A DNA stretch of 64,000 nucleotides from Nannocystales bacterium (GCA_050633305.1 JBOEGF010000023.1:32001-96000), one strand, 5' to 3'; counted from the first letter of the stretch, positions 28,324-39,198 are shown. Numbers and translations are program-made. The notes: generated by a model not told the origin, from the letters alone.

Positions 28324-31170
28324 CTAGCGAACCCGCTTCACCCACGCGATCGCGTCCTCGCGATACGAGTCGTATCCGGGCCCCGCGTCCTTCCACAGCC
28401 CGATCGCCTCCTGGGCCAGCGCAATCCCCTTGGCCTTGTTTCCCAGCGCGTGCTCAGCCCGTGCAAGCCCGAGGGTCTCGAAGGCTCGGTCCTTGGGACG
28501 GCTCGGGTGTGCGGCTCGAATCGCCAGCGCGGCGTCGAACTGTGCCTTGGCCTCCGCGGGCTCCTCGAGCTCGAGCAACATGTGACCGAGGTTTCCCCGA
28601 ATGCCGGCGATCGCAGGATGCGTCTGGGACATGGTGGCCACCCGCGCCTCCAGCACCTCCTCGAGGAGTGGGCGCGCCTCCGCGATGTCGCCGAGGGAAG
28701 CGATCGCAAGGGCCAGGTTCATCTTGCAGCTGATGCGGTGCTCGTGCAGCTCGGGGAGGGTGTCTTCGAAGATGTCGAGCGCGCCTCGGAGCGTCTTTCG
28801 AGCACGCTCAAAGTCCTGCTGTCGCAGCTCCACAACCCCCACGTTCATCTGAATACGTCCGGCCTCCACGTGGCCGGGACCATGGCGTCCCTCCACAATC
28901 GCCAGCGACTTGCTGTACTCGGCGAGCGCATCCTCGAACTCCCCCAGGGCAGTGAGGTTGACCGCGATGTTGGTGCGAAGAAGCGCGACCTCCTCGTGTT
29001 CCGGTCCGAGCGCGGCGACGAGTCCACGCTCCGCCTCTCGCATCAGTGCCAGAGCCTCTTCGTTGGCTCCCCGAGACTCCAGGACCGTGCCCAAGGCCAT
29101 CACGGTGGCCGCGGTCGTCGGATGCTCGGGTCCGAGACTGGCCTCGAGGATCTCTCGGGCGCGGGTCAGCGTGGCCTCTGCTGCCTTCAGCTCCCCGGCA
29201 CGAAGCTCGGAGTTGCCCTGGCTGACCAGTGCGGTCCCGACCCGCTGGTGGTCCGGACCGGACGCATCGATGATCCGCTGGACCAGCGCTCGATCGATCT
29301 CGAGTGCGCGTGCGTAGTCGGTGGCCTCGAAGGCGATGATGGACCGCGCCCGCATGACGTCATCGACCGCGGTCGCTCGTGCGTCTGGGCGCTCCGAGAG
29401 CCCCTGGGCCACGGTGACCCAAGCCTCGGCCGCTTCGAGTCGGGAATCCCGCTGGGCGAGGACTTCGGCCATGCGTGCGGCGCAGTCGAACGCAGGGCCG
29501 TGTAGCCCGAGTTCGAGACCGCCCTGAACACAGGCTTCCCACACTTCGTACGCCGCCTTCGTGTCGCCGGTCCGGTCAAGGGCGCCCGCCCACGCGGGAG
29601 CGAGTTCGACAACCAGCGGCGCGTAGTCGAGAGCACGGGCCTGCTCGACGAGGGGCCCGATGGCGGCGAGAGCCTCGGGGAACCGAGCCGCCCACAACTC
29701 GGCTCGGGCTGCAGGCAATGCGTCGCGGATCGCATCCACATCGGCCCGAAGCTCTGGACTGTCGGGGATTCGTGTCTGAGCCTCGATCTGGCGTACGTCG
29801 GCGCAGCGCTCGAGGTTCGGCAAGGCGTTGGTGAGCGTGTCCGCCTGACGTGCGACTTCAACGTCGGCCTCCTCCAGCAGCGAAGCCGATGCACCCAACG
29901 CCCCGCGGGCATCGAGCAGACAACGGTTGCGTAGGTCGGCGTCCGCTGGAGACTGTTCGGCAAGGATCGAGGTTGCTTCGCAGTTGGCCTGGTGGGCCAC
30001 GACCCAGCGCTGAGCGTAGCCATCGAGGGTCTCACGCAGCTCCGAGGCTCGAGCCTGCCAAGGAGGCCCCATCCCCTGCCAGTGCGCCTCCAAGGCCGCC
30101 GCGCGGGTCGGGGTCCAAACGTCGGCGAGTCGCTCCGAGCTCCCGGCGCATCGAGTCTCCTCCGGCGGACCTGCGAGCACAAGCGCCCCTGCGCCCCCCA
30201 CGAGCCCGACCGCGGCCGCAGGGACCCACCACCGCGACTGCGGCTTGACCGTCATCACCTCGACAAAACGTTCGATCGCCTCAGGCCGCGCAGCGGCATC
30301 CGGTTGCAAACCCGCCCGGAGCACATCAAACAGCTCCCGGGCACGCGGAACGTCAGGCAACGGGTCGGGAAGCGGTGGGGGCCCCAACCGTTTCGCTTCC
30401 GTGATCGCGACGAGGCCGGCGGCACCGCTCGCCGAGTTCGTGGCATCAGCGTACAGCCCCGCGCTCGTCCCGGAGGCTGGCGTCACCTCCGACCCAGACG
30501 TGTTTGAGAACGGATGGATGCCAACGAGCGCCGTCCAAGCGGTCGCCGCAAACGCGAACACATCACTGCGAACGTCCGCGACCCGTCCGTCGTGCTGCTC
30601 GGGCGCCATGTACAGCGGAGTCCCCACGACGCGACCCTCTCCCTCTTGGGCCGACACGAGTCGCGCGACTCCGAAGTCGCCGACGAGGACCCGGCCATCA
30701 TCCCCCACCAAAATGTTCGCAGGCTTCACATCGCCGTGGACGACGCCGCCCTCGTGCGCGGCCTGCAAACCGAGCGCCGCCGCCCTCAACATCGCGAGCT
30801 TGTCTGGGCCCGACGCCGAGCCGTGCTCGGCGAGCCAGCGACCCAGGTCCTTGCCCTCGACCAACTCCATCGCGAGGTACGCCTCGTCGTTGTCATCGAC
30901 ACCGACGTCGTAGACCGTGACCACATCGGGGTGTCGCAGCTTGGCGAGCATCCGCGCCTCTCGAAGGAGCAGCTCGGTATCCCCGCTCGAGCGAAGACGC
31001 TTGACGGCCACCTTCCGATCGAGCTGCGGATCGTAGGCCGCGAACACCTCGCCTCCGCCGCCTGCGCCGAGCGAGCCCAGCACCACATAACGACCGATCA
31101 ACGTCCCGGTTGGCGTGTCGGCCCCCGGTGGGCGCACGGCCAGCGGTGCGGTCGCGTCGAGATCGGACAC
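28324..31170 (-). CDS. Ser/Thr protein kinase, TM, Cys-containing helical domain and TPRs
   Basis: LGAGGGGEV, VAVK, HGDVKPAN, DFG, YMAPE; LGPEHP-type TPRs. Confidence 0.93.
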   Translation of the reverse strand: MSDLDATAPLAVRPPGADTPTGTLIGRYVVLGSLGAGGGGEVFAAYDPQLDRKVAVKRLRSSGDTELLLREARMLAKLRHPDVVTVYDVGVDDNDEAYLAMELVEGKDLGRWLAEHGSASGPDKLAMLRAAALGLQAAHEGGVVHGDVKPANILVGDDGRVLVGDFGVARLVSAQEGEGRVVGTPLYMAPEQHDGRVADVRSDVFAFAATAWTALVGIHPFSNTSGSEVTPASGTSAGLYADATNSASGAAGLVAITEAKRLGPPPLPDPLPDVPRARELFDVLRAGLQPDAAARPEAIERFVEVMTVKPQSRWWVPAAAVGLVGGAGALVLAGPPEETRCAGSSERLADVWTPTRAAALEAHWQGMGPPWQARASELRETLDGYAQRWVVAHQANCEATSILAEQSPADADLRNRCLLDARGALGASASLLEEADVEVARQADTLTNALPNLERCADVRQIEAQTRIPDSPELRADVDAIRDALPAARAELWAARFPEALAAIGPLVEQARALDYAPLVVELAPAWAGALDRTGDTKAAYEVWEACVQGGLELGLHGPAFDCAARMAEVLAQRDSRLEAAEAWVTVAQGLSERPDARATAVDDVMRARSIIAFEATDYARALEIDRALVQRIIDASGPDHQRVGTALVSQGNSELRAGELKAAEATLTRAREILEASLGPEHPTTAATVMALGTVLESRGANEEALALMREAERGLVAALGPEHEEVALLRTNIAVNLTALGEFEDALAEYSKSLAIVEGRHGPGHVEAGRIQMNVGVVELRQQDFERARKTLRGALDIFEDTLPELHEHRISCKMNLALAIASLGDIAEARPLLEEVLEARVATMSQTHPAIAGIRGNLGHMLLELEEPAEAKAQFDAALAIRAAHPSRPKDRAFETLGLARAEHALGNKAKGIALAQEAIGLWKDAGPGYDSYREDAIAWVKRVR

Positions 31171-31275
31171 AACATAGCCTACCAGGGGACCTTGGGAGGC
31201 CGATCAGCCGCGAACGCACGCCATCTGCAATCCAACCTGCAACCCGCCGCAACACCGTCCGTCCCTAGGCCTGAC

Positions 31276-31797
31276 ATGCGAAGTCTCGCTGCTCTCCCTC
31301 TCGCCCTCGCCCTCCTCGTGCCCGCCTGTGACGGCGCCGCTTCATCGGGCGGTGATGCCAAAACCGCCGACGCCGACGGTTTTGTGGCCATTCCCAACAT
31401 CAACGGGATGAAGGTCAAGGTCCCCGAAGGCGTCAAGCCCAACGGCGTGGGTGGCGCAGCCGGTTTCCACACGGACGACGACAGCTTCCAGTTCACCCTT
31501 CAAGAGATCAAGGGCGAGGCCGCCGGCACGACATTCGATCAAGCCAAGGCCAGTGCTGAGGAGTTCCTCTTCAAGAAGTGGATCAAGTCCGACAAGACCG
31601 ACGACGGTTGGGTCCTCACCTACGAGAGCCCCAAGATGGACCTCAGCGGCGACGAGGCCAAGGAAGTCGGCGTGATGTACTCGTTCGAAGTCCGCCGCAA
31701 GGTCGGCGAGACCACCCTCAAGTGCTACGGCGCGATCTCCAAGGCCGATGGGCTCGACGCAGTCGTCGGCGCCTGCAACTCGATCAAAGCCGGCTAG
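31276..31797 (+). CDS. Lys-rich hypothetical lipoprotein
   Basis: MRSLAALPLALALLVPAC lipobox; strong codon bias; TGCAAC-N16-CGTC ECF-like promoter at 31238-31263. Confidence 0.82.
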   Translation: MRSLAALPLALALLVPACDGAASSGGDAKTADADGFVAIPNINGMKVKVPEGVKPNGVGGAAGFHTDDDSFQFTLQEIKGEAAGTTFDQAKASAEEFLFKKWIKSDKTDDGWVLTYESPKMDLSGDEAKEVGVMYSFEVRRKVGETTLKCYGAISKADGLDAVVGACNSIKAG

Positions 31798-31824
31798 GTC
31801 GTCCCAGCGCGCGAGCAGCGGTCC

Positions 31825-33837
31825 TCAACGCTGAACACGGGCCTTCGGGGCCTTCTTGACCTTGCCCCGAAGCTCCGTGCCGTCGAGTTTGATCGCGCTC
31901 GCCATGTTGGCGTCGATGGCCGTCTTGCCGGACATCCGCCCACCTTCAACAGTCAGCCTGCTGTGCATCCCGACGCGGAGCGCGGTGAGGCCCTCGAACG
32001 CGCTGCTCGAGATCTTGCCCAGCGAGTGCATTCCGAACTCAGCCGCCACGAGCGGATCGCCCTCGATCTTCAGGTCCGTGATGTCGATTTCGGACAAGGC
32101 GAGCTTGATGCCCTTGCGCGAGACCGTGAACGTACCGCCTTCGATCACCAAACGGTCCGCCATGTGCCCCTCGATCGCGACGGGCGCCTCGATGTTCACG
32201 TCGACCAACTTGAGGCCACACCCGAGCTCCATCTTGATCGCGACACCGGTGTCTAGCTTGGCATCCACATTGTGAACCTCGACTCGCTTGCCGAACGGGC
32301 AAACGAAGGTCGACGTCCCATCCCACTGCGTACGTGTATACGGCCGGTCTCGCGACTTTCGTTGTGCGGCGTGCATCGCCTGCGTGGCGGCGATCATCTC
32401 CTCCTGTGTCGCCTCGCCCTGCGAGTACAACTCGGAGACGTCGGCCTGATGGTCAGCCGCCGCCTGGAGGTCGACCTTACTGATCGCAAGCGGCGGGTCC
32501 GGAGGTGGTTCTGGCAGCGCCAGGCGGGCCGCCGCGACCGCCTCGGGTGACTTCGGGCGCGGCCTTGGTTCGACCTCGGCCGGTGGTGCAACCGCCACGA
32601 TCAGCGGCTCGTCATCGGCTTCGTCCTCCCCGTCGTCCTCGTCCTCGGCCTCGTGGACTTCGCCCCCTTCGAAGCGAAGCACGGTCGGGCCCTCCTCGGC
32701 GTCCGAACTCCTGAGTGCCCACGCGGCCGCCCCGATCCCCCCGAACACCGCCACGGCCAGCGCGAAGGCCAGCGCAACACCAGCACGGCCTGGTGCCGAG
32801 ACAGCGGACTCCAGGGCTCGCACCAGCATGGTGACCGAACCGAACCGTTGCCCCGGCGCGACTGCCATCCCGCGGCGGAGCACCTCGAACACGTTCTTGG
32901 GGACGTCGGTTTCCGCTGGAGGCGCTCGCACCATTCCCTGCGTGATCGCGTAGACCAGCTCTCCGGCCGTCTTGCCCGCGAACGGCCGCCGTCCGTAGAG
33001 CGCCTCATAGATGACGACGCTCAACGCAAACACGTCGGATCGTGCATCCACCGCGGCTCCGTGCCACTGCTCGGGAGACATGTACGCGGGCGTGCCCGTG
33101 ACAGCACCAACCGCGGTGAGTTGAGCGTCAACGCCTGGGCTGGGCGTCGCCGGATCGATCGGAACTGCGCCGGGCGTTCGCGCTAGACCAAAGTCGGCGA
33201 CGACGACCCGACCGTCGGCTCCGATCAAGATGTTCTCGGGCTTGAAGTCTCGATGGACGAGGCCCGCCTGATGGGCTGCGTGTAGGCCCCGTGCCGCCTC
33301 CAGACAGACGCCCAGCCGAGTTCGCCACGAGAGCTCCGTTCGGGTCATCCAGCGACGTGCGCTCTCCCCCTCGACGTATTCCATCGCGATGAACAGGCTC
33401 CCGCCCGACTCCCGAACGTCATAGATCCCGACGACGTTGGGGTGCTGGACCTTCGCAAGCGCCTTGGCTTCCCGGGCGAGGCGAGACACATCGGCTGGGT
33501 TGTCGGCGCGGTGAACCTTCAACGCGACCTGGCGATCCAGCGCAAGATGGGTGGCAAGCAGCACGACCCCCATCGCCCCGCTCCCCAACTCTCGCTCCAC
33601 GCGAAACGTGTCCGCGATGATGCTTCCTGGTTGGTACGAGACCCCACGTCCTCGCGGGTCTCCGGTCGTCACCATGCTTGCACCCTCTCCGGGCGCGGTG
33701 TCCTGGGTCCCTCCCGGAATCGTGGACGCGTGGGGCATTCCCGTCCCCCACCCCGCAGGCGGCTGGATCGTCGGCGCCTCGGACGGCGGCACACGGGAAC
33801 CCGGCATTCGTCGAGGGTACACCCGCCGCCGCGGCAC
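31825..33837 (-). CDS. Ser/Thr protein kinase with TM helix and C-terminal beta-helix-like domain
   Basis: [29 protein letters not shown]; ~21-aa periodic beta repeats at the C-terminus; start uncertain. Confidence 0.9.
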   Translation of the reverse strand: MPRRRVYPRRMPGSRVPPSEAPTIQPPAGWGTGMPHASTIPGGTQDTAPGEGASMVTTGDPRGRGVSYQPGSIIADTFRVERELGSGAMGVVLLATHLALDRQVALKVHRADNPADVSRLAREAKALAKVQHPNVVGIYDVRESGGSLFIAMEYVEGESARRWMTRTELSWRTRLGVCLEAARGLHAAHQAGLVHRDFKPENILIGADGRVVVADFGLARTPGAVPIDPATPSPGVDAQLTAVGAVTGTPAYMSPEQWHGAAVDARSDVFALSVVIYEALYGRRPFAGKTAGELVYAITQGMVRAPPAETDVPKNVFEVLRRGMAVAPGQRFGSVTMLVRALESAVSAPGRAGVALAFALAVAVFGGIGAAAWALRSSDAEEGPTVLRFEGGEVHEAEDEDDGEDEADDEPLIVAVAPPAEVEPRPRPKSPEAVAAARLALPEPPPDPPLAISKVDLQAAADHQADVSELYSQGEATQEEMIAATQAMHAAQRKSRDRPYTRTQWDGTSTFVCPFGKRVEVHNVDAKLDTGVAIKMELGCGLKLVDVNIEAPVAIEGHMADRLVIEGGTFTVSRKGIKLALSEIDITDLKIEGDPLVAAEFGMHSLGKISSSAFEGLTALRVGMHSRLTVEGGRMSGKTAIDANMASAIKLDGTELRGKVKKAPKARVQR

Positions 33838-33862
33838 AACGCCGCCTCACGGAGCGCGCCCG

Positions 33863-35338
33863 TCAGTACGTGAACAAGCAGCGCGTCAGCGGGATCCCCA
33901 CATCGGCCGAGACATAGAGGTAGTACTCCTGCCCAGGGACCAGCGTCGGCGCAGAATCGGCCACAGGGTAGTCTTGAACGGCAAATGAGGGCCCGGCGCC
34001 GTACTCGACATCACCGCTGAACAGGACCTCGTCCTCGTCCCACGGCACATCGAGACGCCAAAGCGTGCCATCGGGGAGATCGAGGTTCGGGGGCACGGTC
34101 GGGCTCGCAGACCCCGACTCCAGAACATAGACGTAGCGGGCACCGCCACCGTCCCAGTGGATCGACCCGTCGCGGTCGACACGTTCGCCCTTCTCGCATG
34201 CCGTCGGCTCGTACTCGAGTTGGGTGCTGAGCGGCCCACCGAACGCGGGCTCATCCGCGAAGTCCTCTTCGACCAACCCCCGATGCTCGAGTTCAGCGAG
34301 GAAGAAGTCCCGCATCCGCAGCGGTTCGGTCGACGGGATCCCATAGGTGCGGTCGAAGCCGTTGTTGTCCTCGGGTGCGAACTCGCCGAACGACGTCGAA
34401 TCGATCCAACCCGCCGAGAAGGCAAGGCCGGTGTCGTCGAACGTGCCAACCCAGTTCCCCGGGGCGTCGATCGTCCAGTTGGACGTTCCCATCGGCGCCA
34501 CATCGGAGTGGCAACACGCGCACGCCGTGGCCTCGACTTGCTCACGAACCCAGTCCACCTCGGCCGCGTACACCGGGTCTTCCATTCGCTCGTCTTGGGT
34601 CTCGTCGTTCCCCGCGACCGCGTAGTACGGACGCTGGGTGTAGACCACGTTGCAGTCGGCATAGTCTGCGAACCGTCGCCCCTCCTCTGTCGCACCGGAG
34701 ATCAGCTGCCACGTGCAGATCTGACCGTCCGGTCCGTCGCCGGGCGCCTCCCCGGCGATCGCATCGCGACACTCCAGCGTTGGCTGGATGAACGGCGAAC
34801 CTGGGCCGGCCCCGCCTCCCGTGTCGCCTGGGTCGTCTCCCGCGCAAACGTCTCCAGGCTCGAACGCTCCACCGCCAAAGGTCTCGCACCCGGTCCTGGT
34901 GATCGCGCACGACCCCGCGTCCGCTCCGTAGGACACGATCTGAACCTCGCGCTCGGTGCCGCCGTCGACCGTGCAACGTCCCAGAATGCCCGAGCTGTCG
35001 CAGGTCACGTCCAGCGCGGCGTCTCCTCCTCGGTCCACGCAGTCGGCCTCCACATCTTCGCCCGTCCAGTCAGACCCGATGTACTCCCGACACTCGGGGC
35101 CCATGGAAAAGGGGTTCGTGTAGTCGCAGCGACCGACGGACGAACTCGGAGGCTCCCCGGTCTCGTCCGTACCAAGCGTTTCGACTCCGGTTTCATCACC
35201 GCCGGAGCTCCCCATCTCGTCCTGGGGAGTCTCGGGTTCGTCGGTCTCTGCGAAGCTCCCCGATGACGTCGCCTCACCACCGCATGCGGAGAGCAATCCG
35301 AAGACGAGGGCGGTGCAGAACCTTGCGTCACGTCGCAT
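33863..35338 (-). CDS. Acidic Cys-rich lipoprotein with a CxxCH-type motif (CACCH)
   Basis: LSAC lipobox; CACCH at 34508-34522. Confidence 0.8.
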   Translation of the reverse strand: MRRDARFCTALVFGLLSACGGEATSSGSFAETDEPETPQDEMGSSGGDETGVETLGTDETGEPPSSSVGRCDYTNPFSMGPECREYIGSDWTGEDVEADCVDRGGDAALDVTCDSSGILGRCTVDGGTEREVQIVSYGADAGSCAITRTGCETFGGGAFEPGDVCAGDDPGDTGGGAGPGSPFIQPTLECRDAIAGEAPGDGPDGQICTWQLISGATEEGRRFADYADCNVVYTQRPYYAVAGNDETQDERMEDPVYAAEVDWVREQVEATACACCHSDVAPMGTSNWTIDAPGNWVGTFDDTGLAFSAGWIDSTSFGEFAPEDNNGFDRTYGIPSTEPLRMRDFFLAELEHRGLVEEDFADEPAFGGPLSTQLEYEPTACEKGERVDRDGSIHWDGGGARYVYVLESGSASPTVPPNLDLPDGTLWRLDVPWDEDEVLFSGDVEYGAGPSFAVQDYPVADSAPTLVPGQEYYLYVSADVGIPLTRCLFTY

Positions 35339-35482
35339 GTCCGGCAGCGTGAGGGCGCCCGGGCGTGCTGCAAGGGATCGCCTCAGCGGCGCCGATTTCG
35401 AGGTGCTAGCAGCCTACCGCCACGTTCTCAGCACGACACGAACCCCATGGAAGTCCGACCACCGACCCGGCGGCGGGGCGCA

Positions 35483-36766
35483 CTACGGCGTGTCGTAGAC
35501 ACCGTTGCTGATCGCCAGCTGGTACGGGGCACACGTGGGATCACCCCCGGTCATCTCGGTCCGATACACGGCGACGAAGAACTCCGAAGTGTCGTTCTCG
35601 CACACGCTTCGGTTGGCGACCCGCGTGGCCCCAGCTGCCGTACAGGGGCACTGACCCGTCAGCTGTCCGCCGATCGTTTGGCGCATGTCGGTCGCCCAGT
35701 TGTAGTCGTTGCACTCGACCGCCTGGTTCGCCGCATCGCACGACCCGCGACCGACGGAGAACGCATACTGGTTGCCCGGGTTCGACAGGAAGTTCACTCG
35801 CACGTGGTAGTTGTCGCAGCTGGTGTCGCTCAGATCGACGCCGCGAAACCGGTACCAAATCACCCGTCCAACGGGGACGGCGTTGCCGGTCACCGTGACC
35901 GAAGACGCAGCGTCCGAGAGGTCACCGACATCGATCGGGTTGGCACAGTCGACGCCTTCGTCGCCTGGGGGGATCGACTCGCACTCACAACCCGTGGCCG
36001 GGTCGCTATCGAGATCGACCAGGTCCACTTCGCAGCTGGTGATCACGCAACCGTCCACACCCGGAGCCGGCGGCTCGCAGGCCCACCCGGTCACATCCGG
36101 ATCGACGGGGCACATCTGGTCGGCTGGAAAGGGATCGATCTCCCCGGCACAGTTCTCTGCCACACCGTTGCAGAGCTCAACCGCATCGCCTTCGCCCACC
36201 GCGTCGTTGCCGTCGTCGCAGTCGGGACCCGGAGCGCACTCCCCGTACTGGTCGCATCCCAGCCAGACCCCGTCGTCATCCGCGTCGCTACAGGTCTGAC
36301 AGCCGAGCTCGGTCCATACGCATCCGTTCGAGTCGTCACAGTCGGGCCCTTCGACTCCGTCCGGGTATGCATCACAGCTCCCGAACCATCCGTCACCATC
36401 GGTGTCGACGCATGTCTCGCAGCCGGCCTCGGTCCATGCGCCCGCGTTTTCGTCGTTGCAGTCGGGACCCGCGGGACAGTTGGCGCCGAATCCATCGCCA
36501 TCGGCGTCGACGCAGACATCGCTCCCCCCGGTCTCGTCCAAGCCGCCGCTGGTAGTTCCGCTGTCCCCGCTACCGCCGGCGCCGGTCGTCAGTCCCGTGA
36601 CCCCCGTCGTCACTGGCCCCGATGTCGGATTGGAGCCGCCGAACGCGGAGTCAGCCAGCCCGCCAGACTCCACCTCGCCGCCGGAGCAGCCAAGAAGGGC
36701 AAGCGTGAGAACACCGAGGCTACCCCGCCGTACACGCGCCCCACGTTGTCCCCAACCCACACCCAC
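35483..36766 (-). CDS. Cys/Asp-rich lipoprotein with putative metal-binding repeats (MopE-related/TSP3-like)
   Basis: LLGC lipobox; three CxDxDxDG...GPDC(N/D)D repeats; ELCNG..ENC. Confidence 0.82.
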   Translation of the reverse strand: MGVGWGQRGARVRRGSLGVLTLALLGCSGGEVESGGLADSAFGGSNPTSGPVTTGVTGLTTGAGGSGDSGTTSGGLDETGGSDVCVDADGDGFGANCPAGPDCNDENAGAWTEAGCETCVDTDGDGWFGSCDAYPDGVEGPDCDDSNGCVWTELGCQTCSDADDDGVWLGCDQYGECAPGPDCDDGNDAVGEGDAVELCNGVAENCAGEIDPFPADQMCPVDPDVTGWACEPPAPGVDGCVITSCEVDLVDLDSDPATGCECESIPPGDEGVDCANPIDVGDLSDAASSVTVTGNAVPVGRVIWYRFRGVDLSDTSCDNYHVRVNFLSNPGNQYAFSVGRGSCDAANQAVECNDYNWATDMRQTIGGQLTGQCPCTAAGATRVANRSVCENDTSEFFVAVYRTEMTGGDPTCAPYQLAISNGVYDTP

Positions 36767-36831
36767 GGCTCCCAGCGTACCGTGGTTCGAGTCTCCGGCG
36801 AAAAGGTGCGGGTTCGCGCTATCCTCAGGAT

Positions 36832-38250
36832 GTGTCGGGCCGCCGCAGCCGCAGCAACGTGACGTACGGAGTCGTCACGCTCCTGCTGTTTGCCGTGGCG
36901 TTCCTGGTGCTCGTACTCGGGCCAAGGACCAAACAACTCACCGCCGAACGTGTGTCGGTGTACGCCGACTTCCGGACCATCGCCGGCCTCCGAGAAGGAA
37001 GTCCCGTGCAACTGGCCGGCGTGGATGTAGGTGGGGTCGAAGCCGTGAACTTCGTGGAGGTTCGCTACCAGTGCGATCCGCTGAGCGAAGATTTGGGTCG
37101 CTACGGTCACGGCCGAACCGACAGCTGCGACCAAGACCTCTTCTGCTCTCCTCAGGGCTACTGCGCGGACCTGGAAGACTACGCGGGAAAGGGCAATCAC
37201 GACCGGTGCGACAGCACATCCGACTGCGGCCAGGACGAGATCTGCTTCACCGGAGCGGTGCGCAATCGGGAGACCCACCTCATGTGGTCGGGGCCCCGGG
37301 GCGTGTGCGCCCGCTACAACGTCGACCACATTCGCAGCCGCGTGAAGATGCGGGTTCCCGCCGACATCGTTCAGCTCATCCGCGGGGACAGTCGGGCGGT
37401 CATCGCTGCCAACAGCGTCTTGGGCGACCAGAAGGTCAACATCAGCGCGGGCCGGGGCGATGAGCTGTGCCCGCTGACCCGCGAAGACCTGCCCGAGTAC
37501 ACCTACGACGCGTGCCTCACAAACATGCGGGTGCAAGCGCGTCCGTCCTTGAACGAGGACATTGACCGGTTCCGCAGGCGCGTGGACAGCTTCATGCAGC
37601 ATGCCGACCACAGCATCGTCGCGGTGATGGGGCTCATCGACGAACTCCAGAGCGAGGAGACGATGGGCGGGATCAGGGGCACGGCAAACAACCTCGCGGT
37701 CATCAGTCACACGCTCGCGTACGGTGAAGGTCTGGTCCCGGCGCTGCTGCACTCTCAGGAGTACCGCAAGGACATCGGCGGCACGCTCGGCGCCTTCCAC
37801 CGGACGTCCTTTGGCCTGCAGCGCGCGGCTGGTCAGGCCAACGATGTCCTGGATACCCTCGACCGCAACGTCGAGCCTTTCCTCGGCGACACGGAGAAGA
37901 CCCTGGAGAGCGTCAACGGCCTCTTCACGGACCTCGACAGCCCGAAGAACAAGAGCGTCGTCGCCAAGCTCCTCCGCGATGACACAGGCGACATCACCCG
38001 AGACCTGGACCTGATCTTCGCGCACGGGGCCGACCTCAGCGGAGACCTCGCCAGCATCAGCGAAGCCATCGAGGACGGAAAAGGCACACTCGGCAAGCTG
38101 ACCAAGGATGATGCCGTCGCGGTCCAGCTCAGACACCTGCTCGGCTACCTGAGCGACCATCGCGTCATGAAGGCTGTGGTCCTGTGGTACGTCGAGAGTC
38201 AGAAAGAGTGGGCGAACATCCGCCCCGCGCGGTCTTCGGCCCGGCCCTAG
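36832..38250 (+). CDS. MlaD/MCE family protein with Cys-rich insertion
   Basis: N-terminal TM; IAGLREGSPVQLAGVDVGGVEAV; IRGDSRAVI..NSVLGDQKVNISAG; helical tail ending GKGTLGKL. Confidence 0.88.
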   Translation: MSGRRSRSNVTYGVVTLLLFAVAFLVLVLGPRTKQLTAERVSVYADFRTIAGLREGSPVQLAGVDVGGVEAVNFVEVRYQCDPLSEDLGRYGHGRTDSCDQDLFCSPQGYCADLEDYAGKGNHDRCDSTSDCGQDEICFTGAVRNRETHLMWSGPRGVCARYNVDHIRSRVKMRVPADIVQLIRGDSRAVIAANSVLGDQKVNISAGRGDELCPLTREDLPEYTYDACLTNMRVQARPSLNEDIDRFRRRVDSFMQHADHSIVAVMGLIDELQSEETMGGIRGTANNLAVISHTLAYGEGLVPALLHSQEYRKDIGGTLGAFHRTSFGLQRAAGQANDVLDTLDRNVEPFLGDTEKTLESVNGLFTDLDSPKNKSVVAKLLRDDTGDITRDLDLIFAHGADLSGDLASISEAIEDGKGTLGKLTKDDAVAVQLRHLLGYLSDHRVMKAVVLWYVESQKEWANIRPARSSARP

Positions 38251-38258
38251 GGACGCCC

Positions 38259-38588
38259 CTAGAGTTCGAGGGCCATCGCTTGGCGGACCTCGTCGAGGAT
38301 GTCCTGCTCGGCTCGGCCGATCTCTCCGTCGGCAGCCGCGGCCGCTTCAAGCTCGGCGAGGAGTTCGGGACGCCGCTCAGGGGAAAGCTGACGCAGCCGC
38401 CCCTCCACCGACTCCCCGATGTTGACCGAGTTGAACACGGCCTGCCGATCTTCCGCCGTAAACTCGAACCGTTTCATCAGCCGGTCGAGAAAGCGCTGTT
38501 CTGAATCGGTTACCTGTGCATCCGAGATCAGAAGCACGGCCACGATCTCGCAGAACAGGCGGTTGTCGTCCAACGCGTCGGAGGCCAT
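38259..38588 (-). CDS. TerB family protein
   Basis: ISDAQVTDSEQRFL...AAAADGEIGRAEQDIL duplicated motif. Confidence 0.8.
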   Translation of the reverse strand: MASDALDDNRLFCEIVAVLLISDAQVTDSEQRFLDRLMKRFEFTAEDRQAVFNSVNIGESVEGRLRQLSPERRPELLAELEAAAAADGEIGRAEQDILDEVRQAMALEL

Positions 38589-38761
38589 GAGGGCCCAGAG
38601 TAGGCTACCTGTGGGTCTGATTCCACGCCCCGGCTGGCGATTTCGTTGGGGTTTCGGGCTGAGAGGTGACGCTGGGCAAAGGTTGCGGTTGATCACGCCT
38701 GGGAAATGGCCACAATTGGGGGTGGGCGCCCGACAGGGCCGACCCACCCAGAAGGCAAAGC

Positions 38762-39118
38762 ATGCAGGAAACGGAAACGACGGCAAAAGTCCCCCTTCAG
38801 GTCACCTACCGCGGCATGGACCGCTCCGAAGCGCTCGAAGAGAAGATCACCGAGCGGGTCGAGAAACTCACCAAGACCGGCGAGCGAATTCTCGACGCCC
38901 ACATCAGCGTCGAAGCCAGCTCGCCTCACAACCGGGGGCATGTCTTCAACGTGCACGCTGTCGTCCGCACACCCCACGGTGAAGTTGTCGTGTCCAACGA
39001 CCACGACCCGAAGGGAAGCCACGAGGATGCCTACCTCGCGGTCCGCGACGCCATGGACTCGCTGCACCGTCGTGTCCAAGAGCTCCGCGAGAGGGCGATC
39101 GAGCGCCGCCAGAGCTAG
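38762..39118 (+). CDS. HPF/RaiA family ribosome-associated protein
   Basis: LQVTYRGMDRSEALEEKITERVEKL...HEDAYLAVRDAMD; upstream TTGATC-N16-CACAAT promoter-like element. Confidence 0.88.
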   Translation: MQETETTAKVPLQVTYRGMDRSEALEEKITERVEKLTKTGERILDAHISVEASSPHNRGHVFNVHAVVRTPHGEVVVSNDHDPKGSHEDAYLAVRDAMDSLHRRVQELRERAIERRQS

Positions 39119-39198
39119 CGCGGGACTCGGCGTTGGAAGCGAGCAGCCGGCGCGCTCCTTCGGGAGCCGTCGGCTGTCCTCGTTTCATCGCAAGCGTC

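Noticed and set aside
38683..38696. FNR-like box upstream of the HPF gene
   Set aside because: Poor match to TTGAT-N4-ATCAA; better explained as a -35 element
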